A DNA stretch of 64,000 nucleotides from an uncultured Desulfarculus sp. (GCA_963665125.2 CAXXUK010000001.1:128001-192000); one strand, 5' to 3'; shown: positions 19,042 through 29,251, numbered from the stretch's first letter. Program-made: numbers and translations. Notes: a model not told the origin generated them from the sequence alone.

Positions 19042-19968
19042 TTATCCATGTGAGCTCAACACTTCACCGCCGATGGTCTGCAAGCGGTGAACCGACTCAG
19101 CGGGCAGTGACTGATACTGGGCAGCCTTGGTATAGGCATTGGCGATCTGCCATATGGTGCTGCCCGGTTCAAAGGCCCATCCCCATTCAACGGCCTGCTG
19201 CTCCATTTCAGACAGCAGGAATCGCCGGTTGATTGACTCCATGGTTTTGTCAGGCTCCTCGACTGGGGTTTCCATGGATATCCTGATGCGGCTGCTCTGG
19301 ATGCTGGCCTCACCACGCACCGATGAAATCGTCTCAGGCAGGCATTCCAAAGCCTTCTGGGAGATGTGGCGGTATGACGATGAGGTTTGGCTCCGGGTGA
19401 CCATGCCGTTGGTGCAGACCAAGCGCAGGAAGAACGCCTCGATCTTCAGAGATGCCAAGCCGACTTCGCTGTTAGAGATGGATATCCCCGGCGATAGTTC
19501 ATCGCCGAGTATCTTGACGCTTCTCGGATCCGGGATGCTCAGACTCATGAATTGGCTGTCCAGGCTGACATGCACCGTTGTGTCTTCGCCGTAGCCAAGC
19601 TGCATCAGCGCATCGAGGACATGGTGATTATCTATGGGCTTGTAGCGCGGGGTGAAGATGGCCCTGACATTGTTGCCGTCAAACCTGAAGAACAACTCAT
19701 CCTGGGGCTCATCCTGAAGCCAGTGGGCCAACTGCTGGGCCTGTAAATCCTCAGGGCATCGCCTGAGATAGTTGAACGGGATGCCAAGGCGGTTGGATAT
19801 GGAGCGTTGGGCTATTTGCTCCAGAGGGTGAGGCTGATCGCCGATGCGGACGGCATTCAGACTTTCAAATTTGAGGTCCTTCACCGGCACATGACGATCA
19901 TGACGGTAATGACGATGCTTCTCGTGTACCTCGTGTGACAAGGCACCAAGGGTGGTGGACAAAGGCAT
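19042..19968 (-). CDS. DUF932-like mobile-element protein
   Basis: ISISNSEVG...FFLRLVCTNGM...RH motif; AAGGAG RBS. Confidence 0.8.
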   Translation of the reverse strand: MPLSTTLGALSHEVHEKHRHYRHDRHVPVKDLKFESLNAVRIGDQPHPLEQIAQRSISNRLGIPFNYLRRCPEDLQAQQLAHWLQDEPQDELFFRFDGNNVRAIFTPRYKPIDNHHVLDALMQLGYGEDTTVHVSLDSQFMSLSIPDPRSVKILGDELSPGISISNSEVGLASLKIEAFFLRLVCTNGMVTRSQTSSSYRHISQKALECLPETISSVRGEASIQSSRIRISMETPVEEPDKTMESINRRFLLSEMEQQAVEWGWAFEPGSTIWQIANAYTKAAQYQSLPAESVHRLQTIGGEVLSSHG

Positions 19969-20031
19969 AACAGTCTCCTTGCTTTGTCTCGGGTTTGGAC
20001 TTTGTGGAGTTGGGAGCGGAAGGACAGCGAG

Positions 20032-20220
20032 CTATCGACGGAGCAATCTGAGGGCGATTGCCGCCAACATTCTCATGGTCTTACCTGTGGTCTCAATGAT
20101 GATGGGGAACGTGGATTTGACCGTGGCCTTGGCGATCTGAATGCCACCTTCCCGAATGAGGCCTTTGACGGCTTTTGGGGTCATGCTGGCAGAATTTTCC
20201 TGTGGGTTTTGGTTTTCCAT
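20032..20220 (-). CDS. hypothetical protein
   Basis: AGGAG RBS; co-oriented upstream of the DUF932-like gene. Confidence 0.5.
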   Translation of the reverse strand: MENQNPQENSASMTPKAVKGLIREGGIQIAKATVKSTFPIIIETTGKTMRMLAAIALRLLRR

Positions 20221-20453
20221 GGCTTTCTCCTGAAATTTAAGGGGTTAATAGCTTTCAGGATTTAATATATATAGTTAAGTCAGTTGTTTGACGGGAGGGG
20301 AAGGCCAGGGTTGATAGTTACTTAGCACAGGTTTAACTGGCGAAAATCAAAGCGTATTAATGCTTGTCAATGCTCCCGTTGATTGACAAACCATAGCAAG
20401 AGTTCCATCTATCGAAAGGTTTAACAGGTTCAGTTAGCTAAATAAGAATCGTC

Positions 20454-20557
20454 TTCAACCGAACCCGGCGGCTCAGTGCCAACGGCAACATCAGCCCACT
20501 GACCTTTGAAAACAAAATGATCGCTTAATAAACTACCCGTCAGACGGGTAAGGGCTA
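20454..20557 (+). mobile_element. IS3-family 3'-end remnant
   Basis: FNRTRRLSANGNISPLTFENKMIA* is similar to YNRIRRHSANGYISPLAFEDQIVA near 45070. Confidence 0.7.
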
Positions 20558-20565
20558 CTGTCAGC

Positions 20566-20646
20566 CAAGTCATCCCCGCACACGCGGGGAACACGGCAAA
20601 GACATCCACGACGCAATGTCTAGCACCGGTTCATCCTCGCACGTGC
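20566..20646 (-). CRISPR. orphan type I-E-like CRISPR unit: two partial repeats and one 32-nt spacer
   Basis: Plus strand TCATCCCCGCACACGCGGGGAACAC (20570-20594), spacer 20595-20626, CGGTTCATCCTCGCACGTGC (20627-20646); 61-nt period. Confidence 0.8.
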
Positions 20647-20797
20647 ATGTCCCGAGAATTCGGTAGGATGTCACGGCCATGATCAGAGAAACCAAATATG
20701 CAGGGAGCGTCCGCGCATGGCAGGCTCCCCGGCCGGACATGTCACTGCCGGGGAGCGCCTTAACGCGTCGCGGGCCGATAAAACATATGGTCGGCGA

Positions 20798-22267
20798 TTA
20801 CTCCCCGCCTTCTTTCGGCATGTAGGGGTCCTCGGTGCCCATTGGGATAAGCGGGTACTTTTTCAGGCTTTTCTCAAAATCACCGACGATCTTGTTGATC
20901 GGATACCCGACCCAGGAGTTGTAGACAGCGACATCGTGGCGTTCCTGCGGGTCGCGCAGCAAGTTGAAAAGCCTGGGCATTGGGAGCGCCTGCGGCGTAT
21001 CGAACATGCCGACTTGCCAGATGAAATGGGTCTTCCAGTTACGCCATTTGGCGGCATAGAGTTTGTCGCGGACAAAGACGGGGAAGCCTTCACGGTTGGA
21101 GTTTTCCTGCCTGCCCTCCAGAAAATCCAGCTGGTCCACGCCGTCGATGGGGCGATCATTGGGGACCTGGGCGCCTCCCACCCGGGCCAGTGTCGCATAG
21201 CAGTCCACGATATGGACGATTTCGTTGCTGACCCGGCCCGCCTGGACCTTGCCCTGCCACCTCATGATGAACGGCACCCGCAGGGAGCCTTCCATGGCCG
21301 TGAAGTAGGTGCCGCGCCAGGGTCCGGCCCAGCCCTGCCACGGGATGGTCGCTTCCGGGCCATTGTCGCTGGCGAAGATCACCACCGTATTGTCCGCTAT
21401 GCCCAATTTCTGGATCGTATCCAGTATTTGTCCGACATGGGCGTCCAATTCGGCGAGACAGTCGGCCCAGTCACCGTTGCCGGTCTTCCCGGTGAACTCC
21501 GACGACGGCAGCGTGGGCAAGTGGAATTTTTGGAACGAGACGTAGGCGAAAAACGGCTTGCCGGCCTTGGCCTCCCGCCGCATGAACTCAAGGCAGCGCT
21601 TGGTTATTTCGGTATCCATGTTACGGGAGCGCTCCACGTCCAGGGTGGCGACCACCTTCGGTTTTTCGCCCTTGCGCGCGTCATAGATCTTTTCCGCCGG
21701 GACCACGTCCGCCCGCCAGCCCTGACGGCCTCCTTCGGAGGGCCATATCCCTTTGGCCTCCACTTCCGACGGCCACAATGCTTCGTCATAACTCCTGGGA
21801 ATGCCGTACCACTCATCAAAGCCCCTGGCCGTGGGCAGACGGTCTTCCCTGCTCCCCAGATGCCATTTGCCCCACATGCCCGTGGCATATCCCTGCGCCG
21901 ACAGGAGCTGGGCAAGGGTGACTTCCCAGCGGGTCAACCCGTCCTTATCGCCGCCGATCGGCACCGCGTAGGTGCCGGAACGGATCGAGAACCGCCCGGT
22001 CATGAGCGCCGAACGCGTGGGCGTGCACTGGGCTTCGACGTTGAAGTTGGTCAGGCGCACGCCCTGGTCGGCCAGGGTGTCGATGCGCGGAGTTGGCGCG
22101 CCCCGGAGTATGCCTCCGCCATAAACTCCGACTTCGCCGTAACCGAGGTTGTCGACCAACATGAACACGATGTTGGGTTTGGCCGTCGCCTCTGCGCCAG
22201 GAGCCGGAGCGGCAATTAATAACGAAATGAGGCATAGAGAAATCGCAAAGATATTTTTCCGCCGCAT
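20798..22267 (-). CDS. secreted arylsulfatase (Cys-type)
   Basis: Signal peptide; KPNIVFMLVDNLG, CTPTRSALMTG (CxPxR), GKWHLG and SDNG motifs. Confidence 0.93.
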   Translation of the reverse strand: MRRKNIFAISLCLISLLIAAPAPGAEATAKPNIVFMLVDNLGYGEVGVYGGGILRGAPTPRIDTLADQGVRLTNFNVEAQCTPTRSALMTGRFSIRSGTYAVPIGGDKDGLTRWEVTLAQLLSAQGYATGMWGKWHLGSREDRLPTARGFDEWYGIPRSYDEALWPSEVEAKGIWPSEGGRQGWRADVVPAEKIYDARKGEKPKVVATLDVERSRNMDTEITKRCLEFMRREAKAGKPFFAYVSFQKFHLPTLPSSEFTGKTGNGDWADCLAELDAHVGQILDTIQKLGIADNTVVIFASDNGPEATIPWQGWAGPWRGTYFTAMEGSLRVPFIMRWQGKVQAGRVSNEIVHIVDCYATLARVGGAQVPNDRPIDGVDQLDFLEGRQENSNREGFPVFVRDKLYAAKWRNWKTHFIWQVGMFDTPQALPMPRLFNLLRDPQERHDVAVYNSWVGYPINKIVGDFEKSLKKYPLIPMGTEDPYMPKEGGE

Positions 22268-22354
22268 ACTCCCCCTCCGAGGAACTATCTGGATATAACT
22301 CGCCGTCTCGTGAAGAGTGGATTGCATGGTACGCCTTCCCTTCATGAGCCTAGG

Positions 22355-23326
22355 TTAAAATTCAAACGAGAATGAGAAACAGACCAGATCTCCGGACAGA
22401 CGATGGTTCGCCCCGGTGTCATGGATCCATTTCAGGAGCAGACTCACGTCCTCGCCGGCAATGGGTAGGGTGTAGCCGATAGCCGGACCAAGGCCTTCGG
22501 CCGAAGACATATAGGAGCCGAAAACAGCGCCGTCACCCTTGTCGGGAGTTGTTTGGGCATACACATAACCCACCAGGCCCAGGGACAACTGTTCGTTGGG
22601 GTGATAGGCCAGGGTCCAGTCCAGGTGGAATTCATCGCCGCTTTGATAATCAGTGGCCTCGTTTTTTGTGCTGGTCGTATAGCCCAGGTTGCACGATATC
22701 TCGTATCCGTTCCGGTTCAGCCAGGTAAATCCGACATTCATGTCGAACGACACATAGTTGAGGCCGAGATTGGTGATCGTGTCCGAAGCGTAGTAGCCGG
22801 TGGGCAGATAAACGACCGGTGATATGAGGACATGGTAATCGCCGATGTTCCAGCCAAGGATGAGCGGCGCGAGATAAATGTCCGAAAGGCCGCCCCGGTT
22901 GCCCCCACCGGCTTCCCGCATATCAGAGCCGTTGTCGTTGATGGCCAGGCTGCCGGTGATATGCTCGTTAAAGGCAATGGGTATGCCGATGCCGAAACCG
23001 ATAAAGCCCTTGATCGCCGGTGCGTCGAACAGCCAATTCAGCTTGGTTATGTTCAACAGAAGATCATCGTCAATGTGGCCGTAGGCATTTCCGGCCATGG
23101 CCGTGCCGTTGACTTGGATTGATTGATACAGAAAATCGTTGCGGATGGAAAAACCGGCTTCCGGAATGTAGCCGATGTAAAAATCGCCGTATGTACCGGG
23201 TATGTAATGGCTGACGCCTCCCTCCACGGCCCGTGAAGGTTCGGCGGTTAGAAGACTCAATGCCGCCGCTACGAGGATTATCAACAAGGAGCTGAGGATG
23301 GTTTTCCCGATGTGTTGCCGTTGCAT
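22355..23326 (-). CDS. SphA/Phenol_MetA_deg-like outer-membrane beta-barrel
   Basis: Signal peptide; AVEGGVSHYIPG, GLSDIYLAP, YLPTGYY and DYQSGDEFHLD; terminal Phe. Confidence 0.8.
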   Translation of the reverse strand: MQRQHIGKTILSSLLIILVAAALSLLTAEPSRAVEGGVSHYIPGTYGDFYIGYIPEAGFSIRNDFLYQSIQVNGTAMAGNAYGHIDDDLLLNITKLNWLFDAPAIKGFIGFGIGIPIAFNEHITGSLAINDNGSDMREAGGGNRGGLSDIYLAPLILGWNIGDYHVLISPVVYLPTGYYASDTITNLGLNYVSFDMNVGFTWLNRNGYEISCNLGYTTSTKNEATDYQSGDEFHLDWTLAYHPNEQLSLGLVGYVYAQTTPDKGDGAVFGSYMSSAEGLGPAIGYTLPIAGEDVSLLLKWIHDTGANHRLSGDLVCFSFSFEF

Positions 23327-23553
23327 AAGCTTATCCCTAAAAGTGAAACGCACAGTACTTAATATCGGACGTTCTTATTTTGCCGCTGACCGGCGGAGCA
23401 TAGCCGCCTCGCAATTGGCCGGCGCCGTACCCGCTGTTTAATTCCAAAACCGCGTTGCCCGAAAATGGTCGGCCTCCGTAAATGGACGCGTAACGGCCCT
23501 CCTGGAGGCCGCTTCAACTAAGCCATGCTCCGGTCTCACTTGACGGATTTCTT

Positions 23554-25821
23554 TCATGGGCGGGTCTTTTTTATCATTGTCAGCAATCTAGACGCATCCT
23601 GGTGGCCGGGGTGGCGTCTCAGCAGATCAGTCAGAACCTCAACCGCGCCGGTTTGATCACCGGTGCCTGCCAGGCAATAGGCCAAGCTATAGGCGTAAAC
23701 CGGGATGTCCGGGCGCTGCCGCGCTGCCCGGCGACATAGCTCGATGGCCTCCTGTGGATGGCTGGCCATAATCAGCACGCCCAAGTTGTAGGCAGCCCTG
23801 GCCATGTTCGGATCGGCCCGTAGCGCCGCCCGCAGATGCTTTTCCGCCTGGGTCCGGTCGCCGATTTGGGCTTCAAGAAGGCCCAGGTTGCAGTTGGCTG
23901 CGGCATTATCGGGTTGCAATGTCAACGCTTCCCGGAGCGCGTCCCGCGCTTTTTCAGGGTCGCCCAACCGGGCATAAGCAATGGAAATATTAACCAGGGG
24001 CGGGACGCTGGACGGCGACAGGCGCATGGCCTTTTCATAGCAGGCAACGGCCTGGGCCGGATCGCCGCGCTCCAGGAAGTAATTGCCCAGACCGTATTGT
24101 GAACTCCATAGATCGGGCCGTGCTCTCAGGATGGCAAGGTATTCCGCCGTGGCCGCGCGGACGTTGTCGTTGTCGCTCCATGAGGGGCCGACTGCGGGTA
24201 TGGCCGTCTGCGCCAAAGCGGCGGCGGCGCGGATGCGCACCAGGCGGTATTCGTCGGACGTCAACGCCGTGAGTATGCCGATGGCATCCGGGGATGCGCC
24301 GGTCGCCATGGCGTCGGCCGCCGCCGCCCTGACCAGGGGCGAGGCGGATTTGGCGGCCTTGGCAATGGCCGATTCCTTTTCGGCGCGGGGACAGTTAGCC
24401 AATAGCCGCAGGATCGAGGCCGAAACAATAGGGTCGGCCGTGTCGGAGTCCAGGTATGCCAGCAATTGGGGTAAACGGCGCCAATCGCCTTGGCGCGCCG
24501 CCAGCACCAAGGCGGCCTGTTGGATCACCGGGGCCTGGTAATCGTGCTGATGCCAAGCCCGCACCTGGCGGTCGGCCCAGGCGGCGTCCTTGTCGCGGTG
24601 GCAAATGTTGCAGGCGTTCGGCGAACTGTGGTCCATGGTGGTCGCCGGGGTGGGCGGCAGCATAGAATGATCACTACGGCGGATGCGGGCAAAGCTGGTG
24701 GTCGGCATGTGGCAGGACACGCAGTTGTTGCCGGGGCTGCCCGCCGGATGGCGGGTGTGGGCTGGGGCCTCGGCCACCCGCTCGGCGTGGCAGGCCGCAC
24801 AGGCCTGGTTGGCTCGCGCCGGGTCCGCGAATCTGTAACGCCCGCTGGAGGTGTGGCAATGCATGCAGTCGAGTTCTCCCGACTTGACGCATGGACTGCG
24901 CAGCCAGGACGTGTAGGTGTAATTTTCTCCCAGATCCCGCCCGTCGGGGTGATAGTCGGAGTTTTCATAGGTCACCAGGTCAAAGTGATCGGAAAAACGC
25001 TGGCCGGGCTCCATGACCGGTGACAACGCGGCGGCCTTGGCGTGGCAGGAGGCACACTGGGCGTTTTGCTGCTCGTGGGTGAATTTCCGACCGCCCCGGA
25101 TGATCTTCAGGTCACTGGGTATCTGGCCTTTGGGAGCATTCCGGCAGACAGCCACATGCTCCCGCCCCGGACCATGGCAGGTTTGACAATTGATGCCCGG
25201 TTCGGTCCAGGTCGTTAGATAGGCGTCCGTGTCCGGGTCGTAGCTGGAGGAAAATTGACTGGCGTGGCAGCCCCGGCAGCCGGTGTTGAACGAGTATGCC
25301 CGGTCTTTCCAATCCAGCGCCCGGCTGGATTCGTGGGTAAAGTGGCGCACCCCGCTGTCAGCCATGTCGAACCACTCACGCCTGCGCACGTCGTAGGCCA
25401 AGGGCAGGGTCTGCAACCGCCCTCTGGCCATGGGGGTAAGGAAGTAAAATACGTCTTTACCACCAAGTACATACGCGATGGTATAGCGATGTAGCTTGCC
25501 GTCGTCCATTTCATCGACCCACCCCTGACCTGGGCCTGTCATGGCTTGGTAGAGGGCGTTGCCGATAGACATTTTCCGCTTCATCGGCGACAGACTGGCC
25601 TTGGCAAAGTCATCGGAATAGGAGCGCATGGCCAAGCCATGGAAGGAGCTGGCCCAGAGTTTGTGGAATTTTTGATGGCAATCCAGGCAACCGGCTGAGC
25701 CTGACTCTACACCAACCATCCCCGAGGCACACGGGGGAGTAGCGTCATGAGTAAGGGCAGGTGGGGTTACCCCTATCACGAGGATGAACAACGCAAAGAC
25801 AACAGCGAAGAATACACGCAT
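23554..25821 (-). CDS. octaheme cytochrome c with HEAT and TPR repeats
   Basis: Eight CxxCH motifs (CLDCH, CRGCH, CQTCH, CASCH, CMHCH, CAACH, CVSCH, CNICH); HEAT-like LVRAAAA; TPR C-terminus. Confidence 0.9.
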   Translation of the reverse strand: MRVFFAVVFALFILVIGVTPPALTHDATPPCASGMVGVESGSAGCLDCHQKFHKLWASSFHGLAMRSYSDDFAKASLSPMKRKMSIGNALYQAMTGPGQGWVDEMDDGKLHRYTIAYVLGGKDVFYFLTPMARGRLQTLPLAYDVRRREWFDMADSGVRHFTHESSRALDWKDRAYSFNTGCRGCHASQFSSSYDPDTDAYLTTWTEPGINCQTCHGPGREHVAVCRNAPKGQIPSDLKIIRGGRKFTHEQQNAQCASCHAKAAALSPVMEPGQRFSDHFDLVTYENSDYHPDGRDLGENYTYTSWLRSPCVKSGELDCMHCHTSSGRYRFADPARANQACAACHAERVAEAPAHTRHPAGSPGNNCVSCHMPTTSFARIRRSDHSMLPPTPATTMDHSSPNACNICHRDKDAAWADRQVRAWHQHDYQAPVIQQAALVLAARQGDWRRLPQLLAYLDSDTADPIVSASILRLLANCPRAEKESAIAKAAKSASPLVRAAAADAMATGASPDAIGILTALTSDEYRLVRIRAAAALAQTAIPAVGPSWSDNDNVRAATAEYLAILRARPDLWSSQYGLGNYFLERGDPAQAVACYEKAMRLSPSSVPPLVNISIAYARLGDPEKARDALREALTLQPDNAAANCNLGLLEAQIGDRTQAEKHLRAALRADPNMARAAYNLGVLIMASHPQEAIELCRRAARQRPDIPVYAYSLAYCLAGTGDQTGAVEVLTDLLRRHPGHQDASRLLTMIKKTRP

Positions 25822-26442
25822 GGAGGAATTGTCCGATGCTTAAATATTCAGGGGATTCCCAGTGGTAGCCGTTGGCAACCTATTAAACAATTCATCGTGA
25901 AGGCAGGCTGGTTACATCCAGATTTTTTGAATGCGTGTTAACGATTACTATATTTTTTTTGCTTTTGCAAAGACAAATCATCCGGCAGGGCTTATGTGGT
26001 CCTGAATGGTTCGCACTAGTCCCAAAGCTCTGACAGGGGAGATGGGTATACTGCTAATCATTATCGCGGAATTCGCCCCTTTGAACTGGCTGGGGGCCTG
26101 TAAGTTAACGCGTGCAAAGACTCACTTGAAAATCGCCGAGCAATTGCAATTAAGCTGGTCGGCTATAAATCAGAATCATCCTCAGGGCATACTAACCTAT
26201 GTGAATTTCCCGCCGCCTGAACAATGGTAATTGCATCAAGCCAACCACTATGAACGCACTTATCCGGAAGAAATAAAACGTCCGCAATGTGGAATTAGTT
26301 GCCAGTATACTGACCCGTCGATAAGCCGAGATCTCTGCAAAACAAGTTTGATATCTTCAAAGAAAAGTCAAAGTGATTTAGATTTGAATTATTTTATGTA
26401 GGACAAACATATAAATAATACCAGGCTAATGGTAGAGGAGGA

Positions 26443-26604
26443 GTGGTTCTGAGAAAAGCAAAATACACCAAGTCAATTTCGGTTTATTTAGAGGAAGATG
26501 TTTATGCAAAGCTCTTAAAGATGAGCGAAGATGAAGAAGTTAGTATCAATTCGAAGATAAGATGTTTGATTAATTTTGCATTGAGAAAACAAAAATCAAA
26601 TTAA
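26443..26604 (+). CDS. ribbon-helix-helix (CopG/Arc-like) protein, 53 aa, not in the ORF track
   Basis: GAGGAGG upstream; KSISVYLEEDVYAKLLKMSEDEEVSINSKIRCLI strand-helix-helix pattern. Confidence 0.6.
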   Translation: MVLRKAKYTKSISVYLEEDVYAKLLKMSEDEEVSINSKIRCLINFALRKQKSN

Positions 26605-26622
26605 TTTAAGGAGAAAATTTAA

Positions 26623-27207
26623 ATGCCAAAAAAATATAATAATGGAATATTGAATATCCTGATGTCACATTATGTGTGCAGCGATACTGTAAAATGCCAA
26701 ATATGGGCAGCAGAAAGCGTTGATTTAGACACAGGGAAAATTGGGCGATACATAATGTTAACTGCGAGTGTACTGGATGATACTACGTTTCAAAACAGCA
26801 TTGTGTTCAGGCTCTGCCCGTTTAAGGCAATTACATTTGCATATGGGATTAACTAGCTGATTAAAAAACCGGAATTTATTGGTGGTGAATACAAAATTGA
26901 AAAGTACAACTCGCCAGATAGTAGCTTAACTATTAAGTGCGCTGAAAGTGCAGATACCGGCCAGATGATAGTTGGAATGCAACCCAGGGATGGAGATAAG
27001 AGAGTAGTGTTAAAGCTAAACTTGACGGAAGCGCTTGGTGTGGCTGACTTGATTAAATGGGCAGCTAAAACAATTGTCGCAAAAGAAATTCAACAAAAAA
27101 TGGTGGACGCAAAAGACGATACCTCTTCCAACCGTGGTGACAGTAAAAAACATCCTTATTTGATAAAAAAGGACATTTATAATGGTCTAGAAGAAATGTT
27201 TGGTTAG
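26623..27207 (+). pseudogene. hypothetical gene interrupted by one in-frame TAG
   Basis: ORFs 26623..26856 and 26965..27207 share a frame, with no other stop between them. Confidence 0.6.
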
Positions 27208-27214
27208 TAATGCC

Positions 27215-27247
27215 CGGGCCAGGATATGGTGTTCTGGCCCGATTTGT
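27215..27247 (+). terminator. terminator-like hairpin
   Basis: CGGGCCAGGA/TTCTGGCCCG followed by a T-rich tail. Confidence 0.5.
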
Positions 27248-28009
27248 TATTAATTTGTAGTCAGTTATGGAGGATGTTTGCCAATTTTATAGTAATTTAG
27301 TGCCATTTGGTCTGCTTTGGAGTGCGTCAAAATAGACCGTGAATCCTTATCGTTGAACAGCGACATTGGTGTCGTTGCACAATAAAAATGGTTGAAATTG
27401 AAGCGATTTGCTGACGGGTCATGTCTTTATAAAAGTAATTGATGTTTATTGTATGTAAAATTACTATGCATTAAGTGAGTAATAAAAAGATTTATACCGG
27501 GTGTTTTTTTGCAGGTTAAGTCAATTTTTGCCTGTTAACAATGCAGAAATATAAATAGTGGATAAAATCAAATAAATTAATATAGTCAAGCGCTGTTATG
27601 GCAAATATAAGTGGCTTGATCTGGTTTGCAATGACATGTAACACATGAAACATGTGTTTCCGATAAAGCTGTTGCGGAAAATCGCTATTAAAAACGGTGC
27701 TGTAATACTTATAACATGTATAACAACTGATTTTATCAGTTACAATTAAATGGTATGATTAGGCAAATCGACATATTCTGGCAACATTTGAAATGGTAAC
27801 CACGCTCAAATAATAACTAAAAATATGAAATGCTTTAAGATGCGCTGGCCACTCAGGATGTTGAGGTATATATCATCTTGGGGTTGATCAATCTGATGAG
27901 TTCGCGACCTGGAGATTGATGCATTATTTCGATGGTGACGGCTAGTAGGCTATTTTAACCAAAAGTTAATTTCATCCTTCCAAGTCAAATGCTGATGACG
28001 TTATTGAGT

Positions 28010-29232
28010 TGTCCTAGTCGAGAAAAGCGTTGACAGGTCAAGGTCCTAGCTGAAGGAGCCATGGCCTTCCGGTTAAGATGGTTCAAACCAAAAGAAGCAT
28101 CTTAATTGAAAGGAAGGACCATGACTCAATCGCAGTATATCATCAACCGCAAGCTCAATATCCTGGAGTTGGGCCAAACTCTGGGAAACATCTCCGAGGC
28201 CTGCCGCAAACTTGGCATCAGCCGCCAGCACTATTACGACATCAAGCAAGCTATTGATGAGGAAGGTCTGGAAGGGCTCTTGGAGAAGAGTCGTCGCGTG
28301 CCCAGGATCGGCAACCGTGTGGCCCTCGAGATAGAGCAGAAAGTGCTGGATTATTCTTTACAGTTTCCCACTCACGGCCAGACCAGAGTGGCCAACGAAC
28401 TGAAGAAAATCGGTATCCAGGTCAGCGCCGGAGGCATTCGCAGCATCTGGCTACGGCATGATCTGACGCTCAAGGCACAGCGCTTGAAGCGACTGGAGAA
28501 ATGGGCGGCGGAAAACACTGAGGTGCTCACCGAATCCCAGGTCCAGGCCCTGGAGAATGCCAAGCAGGAAAAAGAGGCCCACGGTGAGGTGGAAAGCCCG
28601 CATCCAGGCTTTCTGGTGGCCCAGGACACCTGCTATGTGGGCATTATCAAGGGCATAGGCCGCATCTACCAGCAAACGGCCATCGACACCCACGGCAGCC
28701 ATGGTTTTGCCAAGGTTTATCGTGAAAAGACGGCCCTGACCGCCGCCGACCTGCTCAACGACAGGGTGCTGCCCTTTTACGACCACCACGGCATCAGGGT
28801 GCACCGGGTGCTCACCGACAATGGCCCGGAGCTGTGCGGTCGTCAGGACAGCCACCCCTACGAGCTATTTCTGCACCTAAACGACATCGAGCACACCAGA
28901 ACCAAGGTGCGCCATCCCCAGACCAATGGCGCGGTGGAGCGGCTTCACCAGACCATCCAGAATGAATTCTATGAGGTGGCCTTCCGGAAAAAGCTGTACC
29001 GCACGCTGGATGAAATCCAGGCCGACCTGGACGCCTTCATGAACTACTACAACACCGAACGAACCCATCAGGGCCGCTATTGCCAGGGGCGCACCCCTTT
29101 TCAGACCTTTAACGACGGCCTGGAACAGTATCAAAAGCATGTCCATGAAGGGATAGAAATCGAGGACGCAGCGTAGTAACCTAAGCCATCTGCCGGAAGG
29201 CCAAACTGTCAACGCAATTAGTGACTAGGACA
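28010..29232 (+). mobile_element. complete IS481-family element
   Basis: 27-bp imperfect IRs TGTCCTAGTC...GCGTTGACAG; direct repeat ATTGAGT on both flanks (28003, 29233). Confidence 0.92.
28121..29176 (+). CDS. IS481-family DDE transposase
   Basis: N-terminal HTH; AQDT, LTDNG and PQTNGAVER; YNTERTHQG. Confidence 0.92.
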   Translation: MTQSQYIINRKLNILELGQTLGNISEACRKLGISRQHYYDIKQAIDEEGLEGLLEKSRRVPRIGNRVALEIEQKVLDYSLQFPTHGQTRVANELKKIGIQVSAGGIRSIWLRHDLTLKAQRLKRLEKWAAENTEVLTESQVQALENAKQEKEAHGEVESPHPGFLVAQDTCYVGIIKGIGRIYQQTAIDTHGSHGFAKVYREKTALTAADLLNDRVLPFYDHHGIRVHRVLTDNGPELCGRQDSHPYELFLHLNDIEHTRTKVRHPQTNGAVERLHQTIQNEFYEVAFRKKLYRTLDEIQADLDAFMNYYNTERTHQGRYCQGRTPFQTFNDGLEQYQKHVHEGIEIEDAA

Positions 29233-29251
29233 ATTGAGTTGCTCCATAATG

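Noticed and set aside
20717..22219. 500-aa plus-strand ORF
   Set aside because: Antisense shadow of the sulfatase with no motifs; the same applies to most overlapping ORFs in the track
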